Assembly: GCA_965541615.1 (NCBI GenBank) | Contig: CBEUCJ010000002.1 | Span: 95,795-159,794, forward strand | Source of the DNA: an uncultured bacterium | GTDB taxonomy: Bacteria > Omnitrophota > Gorgyraeia > Duberdicusellales > CBEUCJ01 | Length of the DNA stretch: 64,000 bases | Direction of reading: 5' to 3' | Part shown: piece after piece, positions 49,314 through 57,839 of the stretch | Position numbering within the stretch: the first letter of the stretch is position 1 | How the letters are laid out: every line of letters starts with the position of its first letter | Notes under the pieces: model-generated | The model's input: only the letters and a program-made list of their open reading frames with translations | Told to the model about the DNA's origin: nothing | The model's database searches: none | Translations under genes and position numbers: made by a program

Positions 49314-50505
49314 AAGAGTATTAGGACTACTCAAAAAAATAGAAGTCCATCCAAAAGGTATTGAGAAGATGCTACCTAAAACTCAAGTCATGTTATTTCA
49401 TATAAAAGGTATTGAAGGTTTTAAGGCAAATCTATTAAAACAAGAGATGCTTTCTATAGGTGGAGATTGCGCTATTTCTAAAAAAGCTCTTCTTTCTAAA
49501 AGGAACACAGAATGTCTTTTAATAGGTACAAGAAAACACATAAAGATTTTGGCAGAAAAACTCCAAGAGCAAAATTCTGGTCTTAAAAAAATAGCCAAAA
49601 TTTTGAAAAAAGAACTAGAGACAGATGAAAAAGAAAATATTTTTAAAGCCAATAATTTTACGTTTAATCTTAAATCAAAAGTCCTAATAATGGGGGTCTT
49701 GAATCTGACTCCAGACTCTTTTTCAGGAGATGGAATTTATAAAGATAAAAATTACAAAAAGTATATTCCATTGATATTAAAAAAAGTAGAAGAGATGATA
49801 AAAGAAGGAGCTGACATCATAGACATAGGAGGTGAATCTACAAGACCAGGAGCAAGTTATGTAGAAGTATCAGAAGAAATAAAAAGAGTCATTCCTGCTC
49901 TTATAGAAATTAGAAAGAAATTCAAAAAAATTCCTATTTCAGTAGACACTTATAAACCTCAGGTAGCTAAATTATCTATAGAAAATGGTGCAGATATTAT
50001 AAATGACGTTACAGGTTTAAGAAACAAAGAGATGTTGAAAGTTTTGAGCAAAAGTAAGGTGGGTATTATCTGTATGCATATGAAAGGTAGACCTAAAACT
50101 ATGCAGAAGAATCCCTTTTATAAAGATTTAATCCCTCAGATAATTGAATTTTTGAGTAGGTCTCTGGAGAGAGCTGAAAACTTTGGTATAGAAAGAGAAA
50201 GGATTGTAATAGATCCTGGAATAGGATTTGGCAAAAGTTTTGAAGATAACTTTAGGATAATAAAATATTTAGAGGAGTTTAAGATTTTAAAAAGACCAAT
50301 TTTAATAGGAGCTTCCAAGAAATCTTTTATAGGCTATATTTTAAACCAACCTCCTCAAGAAAGACTTTATGGAACTTTATCAGTTCTAAGTATATGTGTG
50401 ATGAATGGAGCTAATATTTTAAGAGTCCATGATGTAAAGGAAGCCAAAGACTGTGTTAAGGTAGCTAATGCAATAAGAAATGTTTGGTATACTTACCAAT
50501 CTTGA
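49282..50505 (+). CDS. folP: Dihydropteroate synthase with about 135-aa uncharacterised N-terminal extension
   Basis: Pterin-binding TIM barrel starts at about residue 135 ([17 protein letters not shown]...[11 protein letters not shown]...). The upstream 135 aa have no recognised fold. The reading frame is open from 49282 and overlaps the ftsH end by 32 nt. Confidence 0.8.
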   Translation: MKIFRITNHLERVLGLLKKIEVHPKGIEKMLPKTQVMLFHIKGIEGFKANLLKQEMLSIGGDCAISKKALLSKRNTECLLIGTRKHIKILAEKLQEQNSGLKKIAKILKKELETDEKENIFKANNFTFNLKSKVLIMGVLNLTPDSFSGDGIYKDKNYKKYIPLILKKVEEMIKEGADIIDIGGESTRPGASYVEVSEEIKRVIPALIEIRKKFKKIPISVDTYKPQVAKLSIENGADIINDVTGLRNKEMLKVLSKSKVGIICMHMKGRPKTMQKNPFYKDLIPQIIEFLSRSLERAENFGIERERIVIDPGIGFGKSFEDNFRIIKYLEEFKILKRPILIGASKKSFIGYILNQPPQERLYGTLSVLSICVMNGANILRVHDVKEAKDCVKVANAIRNVWYTYQS

Positions 50506-51250
50506 TCTTTACTGGAAACCTGTATTAGAGATTTTAATCTTATGGTTCGTTTTTTATAAGATCCTTCTTTTTTTAAAAGGCACTCGTGCTTTTCAACTTT
50601 TAAAAGGGATAATAATTTTAGTAATTGCCTTTTTCATATTACAAAAGTTAGGTTTACATACTTTAGAATGGCTATTTACAAGATTGTTTGCTATCTCCAT
50701 TATTGCTATTGTAATCTTATTTCAACCTGAATTAAGACAAGGATTAGCGAAGTTAGGACAGCAAAAGTTATTTCATTTTAATCTTCCAGAAGAAGATATA
50801 GAAGAGATGATAAATGAAATAGTGACAGCTTCTTTTATGCTTTCAAAAAAAAGAATAGGAGCTTTAATAGCTATACAGAGAGAGACAGGTCTTAAAAACT
50901 ATGCTGAAAGTGGAGTTATAATAGATGCAAATTTATCAGCAGAGTTAATACAAGCAATTTTTCATCCCTTTAGTCCTCTCCATGATGGAGGGATGATAAT
51001 TCAAGAAAAGAAGATCTATGCTTGTGCGTGCCTTTTTCCTTTATCTGATTCTCCAGAATTAGATAAAACCTTGGGAATGAGACATAGAGCAGCTTTAGGA
51101 CTATCAGAAGAAACAGATGCAATTGTAATTTGTATCTCAGAAGAGACTCAAAAGATTAATGTAGCTGTTGGTGGGAAAATGTATTCTGATCTTTCAAAAG
51201 AAAAGTTAAGTTATTTGATTAAGAGTAATTTAAAAAGAAAAGCAAAATGA
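50480..51250 (+). CDS. cdaA: Diadenylate cyclase CdaA (DisA_N domain, three N-terminal TM helices)
   Basis: Three TM helices, then the DAC domain ALIAIQRETGL...GMRHRAALGLSEETDAIVICISEETQKI. Confidence 0.85.
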   Translation: MFGILTNLDLYWKPVLEILILWFVFYKILLFLKGTRAFQLLKGIIILVIAFFILQKLGLHTLEWLFTRLFAISIIAIVILFQPELRQGLAKLGQQKLFHFNLPEEDIEEMINEIVTASFMLSKKRIGALIAIQRETGLKNYAESGVIIDANLSAELIQAIFHPFSPLHDGGMIIQEKKIYACACLFPLSDSPELDKTLGMRHRAALGLSEETDAIVICISEETQKINVAVGGKMYSDLSKEKLSYLIKSNLKRKAK

Positions 51251-51357
51251 AAAATATCATCTTTAAAAATTTTCTATTAAAGGTTATATCTTTAATATTG
51301 GCTATAATTACTTGGGTTTACATAAATGGAGAATTAGCCAAAAAATTCTATCAATGA
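51247..51357 (+). pseudogene. 36-codon ORF resembling only the N-terminal TM helix of CdaR/YbbR (remnant or micro-protein)
   Basis: MKNIIFKNFLLKVISLILAIITWVYINGELAKKFYQ*. ATGA overlap with the cdaA stop and ATGA overlap with the pdxJ start. Occupies the position where cdaR normally sits. Confidence 0.45.
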
Positions 51358-52082
51358 AATTAGGAGTAAATATTGATCATATAGCTACTTTAAGAGAAGC
51401 GCGAAAAGAGATTTATCCCTCACCTGTATGGGGAGCAGTTTTAGCTCAAATAGCAGGAGCTGATAGTATAGTCTGTCATTTAAGAGAAGATAGGAGGCAT
51501 ATAAAAGAAAGAGATCTTTTTCTTTTAAAAGAAGTTGTGATGGTAAAACTTAATTTAGAGATGTCTTTAAATAGAGAGATAGTGGAGATAGCAAAGAAAT
51601 TAAAACCAGACCAAGCTACTTTAGTACCTGAAAGGAGGCAAGAGATAACTACAGAAGGAGGCTTAGATTTAAAGAAAAATAAAAAAAGAGTAAAAGAAGT
51701 CATTTCTCAATTAAAAAGTAAAGGTATCTTGGTAAGTGTATTTATAGATCCTGATAAAGAACAGATTGAATTAGCAAAAAAATTAAATGTTGATGCAATT
51801 GAAATCCATACAGGAAGATACTCTCAAGCAAAGACATATAGTCAAATGAAAAAAGAATTAGATAAAATAAAAGAAGCTGTTATCTTTAGCAAAGAACTGA
51901 AATTGAGAACTTATGCAGGACATGGATTAAATTATATTAATATTACACCTGTAGCTAAAATAAAAGAAATAGAAGAATTTAACATTGGACACTCAATTAT
52001 CAGTAGAGCTGTCTTTGTAGGGTTAGTACAAGCTATAAGAGAGATGAAGATGTTAATTTTAGATGCGAGGAGTAGGGATTGA
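51354..52082 (+). CDS. pdxJ: Pyridoxine 5'-phosphate synthase
   Basis: MKLGVNIDHIATLREAR...HLREDRRHI... is canonical PdxJ. The track start at 51312 is replaced by the family-typical MKLGVN start. Confidence 0.9.
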   Translation: MKLGVNIDHIATLREARKEIYPSPVWGAVLAQIAGADSIVCHLREDRRHIKERDLFLLKEVVMVKLNLEMSLNREIVEIAKKLKPDQATLVPERRQEITTEGGLDLKKNKKRVKEVISQLKSKGILVSVFIDPDKEQIELAKKLNVDAIEIHTGRYSQAKTYSQMKKELDKIKEAVIFSKELKLRTYAGHGLNYINITPVAKIKEIEEFNIGHSIISRAVFVGLVQAIREMKMLILDARSRD

Positions 52083-52404
52083 TATTGTAGAGATTCAAAG
52101 ATTTGAAGAAGCTATAAAAAGATTTGGTGACGATTTCTTAAAAAAAATTTTTACTGAAAAAGAGTTAAAGTACTCTTTAAATAAAAAAAATAAATTTCAA
52201 CATTTAGCTGCGAGATTTGCATGTAAAGAGGCAGTCATAAAAGCTATAGGAAAATCTTTAAATTTAAAAGAAATAGAGATTTTAAATGAACCTAATGGAA
52301 AACCTTTCTGTAAAATAAATAATTCTCTGTATAAAGATTCTAAAATTTTTATTTCTCTTTCACATACTCATAATTATGCAACAGCTATTGCAATCCTTAC
52401 TTAA
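52063..52404 (+). CDS. acpS: Holo-[acyl-carrier-protein] synthase
   Basis: GVGIDIVEIQRF...FTEKE...AARFACKEAVIKA. pdxJ-acpS order as in E. coli. Confidence 0.85.
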   Translation: MRGVGIDIVEIQRFEEAIKRFGDDFLKKIFTEKELKYSLNKKNKFQHLAARFACKEAVIKAIGKSLNLKEIEILNEPNGKPFCKINNSLYKDSKIFISLSHTHNYATAIAILT

Positions 52405-53248
52405 AAGACCTCCCCAATCTCATAAAAATACTTTTGGACATGTATTTGTAATAGCAGGTTCTCCTGGATTATTAGGAGCTGCTACCTTATGTAGTGTAAG
52501 TGCTCTTAAGATAGGAGCAGGTTTAGTCACATTAGGTGTTCCAAAGAGTTTTTATCCTGTAATGCAAACTAAACTCACTGAAGTAATGCTTTTAATATTG
52601 GAAGAGACTCCAGAGAGTACTTTTTCTTATAAAGCTCGCAATAAAATAATGAGATTTTTAGAAGAAAAGGCAGATGTGGTAATTATAGGACCAGGTTTAT
52701 CTTTGAATCCTTCTACTCAAAAATTGGTTAGATTTCTTGTGAAAAACTCTCCTAAAAATATCGTATTAGATGCAGATGGAATAAAAGCTTTAAAGAATAA
52801 TCTGGATTTATTAAAGAAAAGAAAGTGTAAAGATATAATCTTAACACCACATCCAGGAGAGTTCAGTTACATTACTGGTTTAGATAAAAAAGAAATAATC
52901 TCAAATAAGGAAAAGATAGCAAAAGATTTTTCTCAAAAGTATAGAGTCTATCTTATATTAAAAGGACACAGGACTTGCTTGGCTTCACCTTCTCAGAAAA
53001 TTTATATAAATAAAACTGGTAACCCAGGAATGGCTACAGCAGGTGCTGGTGATGTTTTAACAGGAATCTTAGCAGGTTTATTAGCACAAAAACCTGATTA
53101 CGATATTTTTGAACTATGTAAATTGGGAATTTTTTTGCATGGATTAGCTGGTGATTTAGCCAAAAAAATTAAGACTGTCTTATCTTTAACAGCTTCAGAT
53201 ATAATTGAATTCATACCCCAAGCTATTAAAAAGGTGTTATCTGAGTAA
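52376..53248 (+). CDS. nnrD: ADP-dependent NAD(P)H-hydrate dehydratase (YjeF C-terminal domain only)
   Basis: HKNTFGHVFVIAGSPGLLGAATL...DADG...TPHPGE...GNPGMATAGAGDVLTG. Confidence 0.8.
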   Translation: MQQLLQSLLKRPPQSHKNTFGHVFVIAGSPGLLGAATLCSVSALKIGAGLVTLGVPKSFYPVMQTKLTEVMLLILEETPESTFSYKARNKIMRFLEEKADVVIIGPGLSLNPSTQKLVRFLVKNSPKNIVLDADGIKALKNNLDLLKKRKCKDIILTPHPGEFSYITGLDKKEIISNKEKIAKDFSQKYRVYLILKGHRTCLASPSQKIYINKTGNPGMATAGAGDVLTGILAGLLAQKPDYDIFELCKLGIFLHGLAGDLAKKIKTVLSLTASDIIEFIPQAIKKVLSE

Positions 53249-53250
53249 AT

Positions 53251-54402
53251 TTGTATAAAGAAATGAATAAATTTTATTTAAAATTAAACTTTTATTTTTT
53301 TATGGTTGCGTTAATAATATCTTTTTCTAACTTTTCATTCACTTGTGAAGTACCAAAAGGAATTTTTCTACTTCTTTCAGCAGGAAGTTTTCCTCCAAGT
53401 TTTCTTTTAGAAGAAAATTTTATTCAGGGTATAAGTGTAAGAGTGAGATGGAAAGATGTAGAAAAAAGTCCAGGTAAGTATGATTGGAGTTACCTTGATA
53501 AAATTTTTGAACTTGCTCAAAAAGAGCATAAAAAAGTATTTTTAAGACTCCTTGGTGGTTTTTGGTCTCCTTCTTGGATTTACAGAAAAGGAGTCCCTTT
53601 TTTCGAGATAAAATTGCATGGGAAAGGATTTGTTGCTAAAAGTTTTATCAATAAGTATGGAGATCAAATTAAACTCCCTGTAGTATGGGATAAAAGATAT
53701 TTAGAACTTTGGGCTTCTTTTGTAAAAGTAGTAGGCAAAAAATATAACTCCAAACCTGAGCTCGTCTTAGTGCATCTTTCTGGTCCTACCTTTTTTTCTG
53801 CAGAAATAATCTTAGCCCGTAATAAAAAAGAATTTGAAAGGTTAAAAACGGTAGGGTTTAATAGTACACAATTTTTAAAAGCTTGGGAAAAAACGATTAA
53901 AATTTTTAAAGAAGCTTTTCCTAACAAACCCCTTGCTTTAAACGTTCACTATGTAATAAAAGAAGATTCTTTAAAACTTTATGTAAAACTTTTTGAATTA
54001 AGCTATAAAATTCTAAAAGATTGTTTGGTGATACAAGGTAATTGGTTTTCTCCAAGACATATTTTATGGTTAGATAGAACTTCAAAGATTCCTGATAAAG
54101 AAATGTTCTTGCTCTTTTGTCGAGCTCATAAGTATAAAATTCCAATAGGTTTTCAGGAGGCTTTTCCTTTTTCAAAAGCAATGAAAAGACATCACCTTTC
54201 AATTAATAAAACAAAAAGAATAAGAAAAAAACTTTTGAAACTCTTGCTAAAATTGGATATACAGTATATAGAAATTTATCTTGAAGACATTCAAGACCCT
54301 TTTTGGAAAGAATTATGGGAAAATTTCCAATTTCAAAAAAATTTTGTTGAAAGAAGGGTAGATAAATTTTTAAATATTGCTTTACTTAAAAAATTATATT
54401 AA
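53251..54402 (+). CDS. Secreted hypothetical protein, possibly TIM-barrel glycoside-hydrolase-like
   Basis: Signal-peptide-like N-terminus. W..VE..PG.YDWSYLD..FELAQKEHKKVFL pattern reminiscent of GH35/GH42-type barrels. No catalytic residues confidently assigned. Confidence 0.35.
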   Translation: MYKEMNKFYLKLNFYFFMVALIISFSNFSFTCEVPKGIFLLLSAGSFPPSFLLEENFIQGISVRVRWKDVEKSPGKYDWSYLDKIFELAQKEHKKVFLRLLGGFWSPSWIYRKGVPFFEIKLHGKGFVAKSFINKYGDQIKLPVVWDKRYLELWASFVKVVGKKYNSKPELVLVHLSGPTFFSAEIILARNKKEFERLKTVGFNSTQFLKAWEKTIKIFKEAFPNKPLALNVHYVIKEDSLKLYVKLFELSYKILKDCLVIQGNWFSPRHILWLDRTSKIPDKEMFLLFCRAHKYKIPIGFQEAFPFSKAMKRHHLSINKTKRIRKKLLKLLLKLDIQYIEIYLEDIQDPFWKELWENFQFQKNFVERRVDKFLNIALLKKLY

Positions 54403-54415
54403 AATTAAGACCTAA

Positions 54416-56038
54416 TTGGCTATGAATTCAATAATTATAGTAACAGGAGTTTTTATTCTTTTTATCTTAGGATACAGATTTTATGCTCTTAAGATAGAGA
54501 AAATCTTAGATGTAAATCCTCAAAGAAAGACACCTGCCTATGAAAAATCAGATGGTGTAGATTTTGTTCCTGCTCGCCATTGGACGATACTATTTGGTCA
54601 TCATTTTTCAAGTATTGCAGGTGCAGCTCCTATTATAGGACCTATAATTGCAGTAAGTATTTGGGGATGGGTACCATCAGTTTTATGGATAGTCTTAGGA
54701 TGCATATTTTTAGGAGGTGTCCATGACTTTGGAGCTTTAATGTGTTCAGTCCATCATAAAGGATCTACAATAGCTGAAATTGTAAAATACATCCTTTCTG
54801 ATAAAGCTAAATTAATATTTTCTGTCTTTGTATTATTGGCTTTAATTTTAGTAGTAGCTGTTTTTGCTTTCTTTTGTGCTAAAACTTTTGTTGCAGACCC
54901 TAAGATAGTACTTCCTTCTTTAGGATTAATACCTGTTGCTATTTTCGTAGGATGGCTTTTGTACAAAGTAAAGGTAAATCAAATAATTGCTACTTTTTGT
55001 GGTCTTTTCCTCTTGTTTCTTCTACTTATTTTAGGAAATTATTTCCCAATTAATTTAGGCAAAGCATCTTTAAAGATATGGATGATAATTTTATTCATCT
55101 ATGCATTTTTTGCTTCAATTACACCTGTAAATATACTCTTACAACCTCGTGATTACTTATCTTCTTTTTTATTATTAACAGGTTTATTTTTGGGATACTT
55201 AGGTTTACTTATTACACATCCAGAAATGAAATTACCTTCTTTCATTAATCAAAAGATAATCTCACTTAATACAGAAGCAAATCCTTTATGGCCTATGCTT
55301 ATGGTAACTATAGCATGTGGAGCTATTTCAGGATTCCATTCTTTAATAGCGAGTGGCACTACTTCTAAACAGCTTCCAAATGAGAGATATGCAAAGAGAA
55401 TAGGCTACGGAGCAATGTTGCTTGAGGGAGCTTTAGCAGTTTTAGCTTTAGTATGTGTCTGTGGAGCTTTTAAAAGTCTAAGTAATTTGAAAGAAGTTCT
55501 CGCTCATAAAGGAGGACCTATTCAGGCATTTGGTATAGGATTTCAAAATCTTGTTCCTTTCTTGGGAAAGTTTGGTAGTTTGATAGCAGTTACTGTTTTA
55601 AATGCATTTATTTTAACTACTTTAGATACTGCTACCCGCATTTCTCGTTATATAACTGAAGAACTAACAGGAATAAAAAATCACATTATCTCAACTTTAA
55701 TAGTAATAATACCAGCTCTTTGGTTAAGTTGGGGTGGGAAATGGAAGCTTATTTGGCCTACATTTGGAGCCTCTAATCAATTAGTAGCAAGTTTAGTTTT
55801 GATAATTATAAGTTGTTGGTTGTTATCTAAAAACAAATGTATAAATTATACTCTTATTCCTGGAATACTTATGCTCATTACAACTATTATGGCTTTAATT
55901 AGACAAACCATAATATATATTAAAAATCAAAATTATCTTCTTTTAACGATATCTGTTTGTATGTTGATTTTGGCTTTGTATATTCCTTTATCTGCATTTA
56001 AAATTATTATAAGAAGAAAAAGGCAATTGAATTTTTAG
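54416..56038 (+). CDS. cstA: Carbon starvation protein A family transporter
   Basis: CstA N-terminal signature GVDFVPARHWTILFGHHFSSIAGAAPIIGP. Many TM helices. 540 aa. Confidence 0.85.
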   Translation: MAMNSIIIVTGVFILFILGYRFYALKIEKILDVNPQRKTPAYEKSDGVDFVPARHWTILFGHHFSSIAGAAPIIGPIIAVSIWGWVPSVLWIVLGCIFLGGVHDFGALMCSVHHKGSTIAEIVKYILSDKAKLIFSVFVLLALILVVAVFAFFCAKTFVADPKIVLPSLGLIPVAIFVGWLLYKVKVNQIIATFCGLFLLFLLLILGNYFPINLGKASLKIWMIILFIYAFFASITPVNILLQPRDYLSSFLLLTGLFLGYLGLLITHPEMKLPSFINQKIISLNTEANPLWPMLMVTIACGAISGFHSLIASGTTSKQLPNERYAKRIGYGAMLLEGALAVLALVCVCGAFKSLSNLKEVLAHKGGPIQAFGIGFQNLVPFLGKFGSLIAVTVLNAFILTTLDTATRISRYITEELTGIKNHIISTLIVIIPALWLSWGGKWKLIWPTFGASNQLVASLVLIIISCWLLSKNKCINYTLIPGILMLITTIMALIRQTIIYIKNQNYLLLTISVCMLILALYIPLSAFKIIIRRKRQLNF

Positions 56039-56063
56039 TTTTTTATGTTAAATATATATAAAA

Positions 56064-56137
56064 GCTGGCGTAGCTCAACTAGGTAGAGCAGCTGATTTGT
56101 AATCAGCAGGTTGTGGGTTCGAGTCCCACCGCCAGCT
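56064..56137 (+). tRNA. tRNA-Thr (anticodon TGT)
   Basis: Acceptor GCTGGCG/CGCCAGC, anticodon stem GCTGA/TCAGC, loop TTTGTAA, T-arm GTGGG-TTCGAGT-CCCAC. Confidence 0.85.
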
Positions 56138-56150
56138 TTGATTTTAAAAA

Positions 56151-56235
56151 GGGCAGGTGGCAGAGCGGTCAAATGCACCAGGCTGTAAACCTGGCGGGCG
56201 AAAGCCCTACGGAGGTTCAAATCCTCCCCTGCCCA
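56151..56235 (+). tRNA. tRNA-Tyr (anticodon GTA), type II with long variable arm
   Basis: Acceptor GGGCAGG/CCTGCCC, anticodon stem CCAGG/CCTGG, loop CTGTAAA, variable arm CGGGCGAAAGCCC. 85 nt. Confidence 0.85.
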
Positions 56236-56256
56236 TTTTTAATTTTTTAATTTAAT

Positions 56257-56327
56257 GCGGGCGTAGTTCAACGGTAGAACACAGGCCTTCCAAGCCTGGG
56301 ATGGGGGTTCGATTCCCCTCGCCCGCT
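56257..56327 (+). tRNA. tRNA-Gly (anticodon TCC)
   Basis: Acceptor GCGGGCG/CGCCCGC, anticodon stem CAGGC/GCCTG, loop CTTCCAA, discriminator U. 71 nt. Confidence 0.85.
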
Positions 56328-56339
56328 TTTTATTTCTGA

Positions 56340-57344
56340 ATGTTGGATGGAAGAAAATTTTCAATTTTAGGAGACGGTGGTTGGGCACATACTTTAAGTA
56401 TCTTACTCCATGAAAAAAGTTTTGAAGTTCTTATATGGTCTCCTTCCAAAGAATATGCAGAATATTTAAAAAAATATAGAAAAAATCCTAAATATTTTCC
56501 AGAAGTAGATATCCCTAAAAATATTAAAATCACTTCTTCTTTGAAAGAAGCTGTTGATTTTTCTAAATATCTGCTTTTGGTAATACCTACAAAATTCTTA
56601 AGAGAAGTTTTAAGGAAATTAAAAAAATTGAATATTTATGATAAAATATTTTTATCTTGTTCAAAAGGAATTGAAGAGAAGACTTTTAAAAGACCTTCTG
56701 AGATAATAAAAGAGTTCTTTGAAAAACCAAAATTAGCTGTTCTTTCAGGTCCTACAATAGCTAGAGAAGTCATTAAAAAGAATCCTACTCTGTGTATTGT
56801 AGCTTCGAAAGAAAGAGAGATTTCTTCTTTTTGGCAAAAAGTTTTAAGTACAGATTATTTTAGAGTTTATATTTCAAATGATATAGTTGGAACAGAATTG
56901 GGAGGAGCTTTAAAAAATATAATAGCAATAGCTTGTGGTATAGTCGAAGGACTAAACTTAGGCACAAATACCAAAGCTGCTTTATTATCACGAGGTTTAG
57001 TAGAAATAGTAAGATTTTGCAGAAAATTTGGAGCAAAAAAGGAAACACTCTTTGGATTAGCAGGGTTAGGAGATTTGGTGACGACTTGCTTTAACAAACA
57101 TAGTAGAAACCGAACTGTAGGAGAATTGATAGCAAAAGGGTATAGATTAAAAGAAATAGAAAAAAGTATGGAGATGGTAGCTGAAGGTATATATACAGTA
57201 AAAGCAGTATATAAGATAAGCAAAAAATTTAATATTGAAATGCCAATAACTACTCAAGTTTATAAAGTTCTTTATAAAAATAAATCTCCTTTAAAGGCTA
57301 TAAAGGAATTAATGAGGAGAAGATTAAAAGAAGAAAGAATTTAG
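56340..57344 (+). CDS. gpsA: Glycerol-3-phosphate dehydrogenase [NAD(P)+]
   Basis: N-terminal dinucleotide fold, substrate region GTELGGALKNIIAIACG. C-terminal domain typical of GpsA. Confidence 0.85.
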   Translation: MLDGRKFSILGDGGWAHTLSILLHEKSFEVLIWSPSKEYAEYLKKYRKNPKYFPEVDIPKNIKITSSLKEAVDFSKYLLLVIPTKFLREVLRKLKKLNIYDKIFLSCSKGIEEKTFKRPSEIIKEFFEKPKLAVLSGPTIAREVIKKNPTLCIVASKEREISSFWQKVLSTDYFRVYISNDIVGTELGGALKNIIAIACGIVEGLNLGTNTKAALLSRGLVEIVRFCRKFGAKKETLFGLAGLGDLVTTCFNKHSRNRTVGELIAKGYRLKEIEKSMEMVAEGIYTVKAVYKISKKFNIEMPITTQVYKVLYKNKSPLKAIKELMRRRLKEERI

Positions 57345-57364
57345 TTTAAGAAAAAATATCATCT

Positions 57365-57439
57365 CGGGGCGTAGCTCAGTTTGGTTAGAGCGCTGGCATG
57401 GGGGGCCAGAGGTCAGCGGTTCAAGTCCGCTCGCCCCGA
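57365..57439 (+). tRNA. tRNA-Pro (anticodon GGG)
   Basis: Acceptor CGGGGCG/CGCCCCG, anticodon stem CTGGC/GCCAG, loop ATGGGGG (G37), T-arm AGCGG-TTCAAGT-CCGCT. Confidence 0.8.
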
Positions 57440-57473
57440 GATTTTTGGTTAAAAATTAAAAAGGAGAAAAAGT

Positions 57474-57824
57474 ATGGAGAATGTAGAGAGAAGAAAGTAT
57501 CCAAGAATTAAAGGAACTTTTGTAGTAAGTTATAGAATATTAGAAGACGTAGATTCAGCAGATCTCTCTCAAACAAAGAATATTTCTGAAGGAGGAATGC
57601 TTTTAACTACGAATAGGAAATTTGAGAAGGGAACTTTACTAATGCTTAATTTAAGACTTCCTTTCATAGAAGAAAAAATAGAATTAATAGGAAGGGTCTT
57701 AGAATCCAAAGAAATAGTCAAGGATTTAATTTATGAGACCAGATTATGTTTTGTAGAAGTACCTGAAGAAACACGTCAAAAGATAAGAGCTACTGTTCAA
57801 AAATTTTTGGAATCAGAAAGTTAG
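57474..57824 (+). CDS. Stand-alone PilZ-domain (c-di-GMP receptor-like) protein
   Basis: RRKYPR (RxxxR) near the N-terminus and NISEGG (D/NxSxxG) about 30 aa later. 116 aa. Strong RBS AAAGGAGAAAAAG. Confidence 0.65.
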   Translation: MENVERRKYPRIKGTFVVSYRILEDVDSADLSQTKNISEGGMLLTTNRKFEKGTLLMLNLRLPFIEEKIELIGRVLESKEIVKDLIYETRLCFVEVPEETRQKIRATVQKFLESES

Positions 57825-57839
57825 CCTTGTATAATAAAA

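Noticed and set aside
51312-51353. ORF-track start of pdxJ at 51312 (MGLHKWRISQKILSMKLGVN...)
   Set aside because: PdxJ orthologs begin MKLGVN. The upstream extension is out of character and overlaps the small CdaR-like stub ORF. ATG 51354 with ATGA coupling fits the local pattern.
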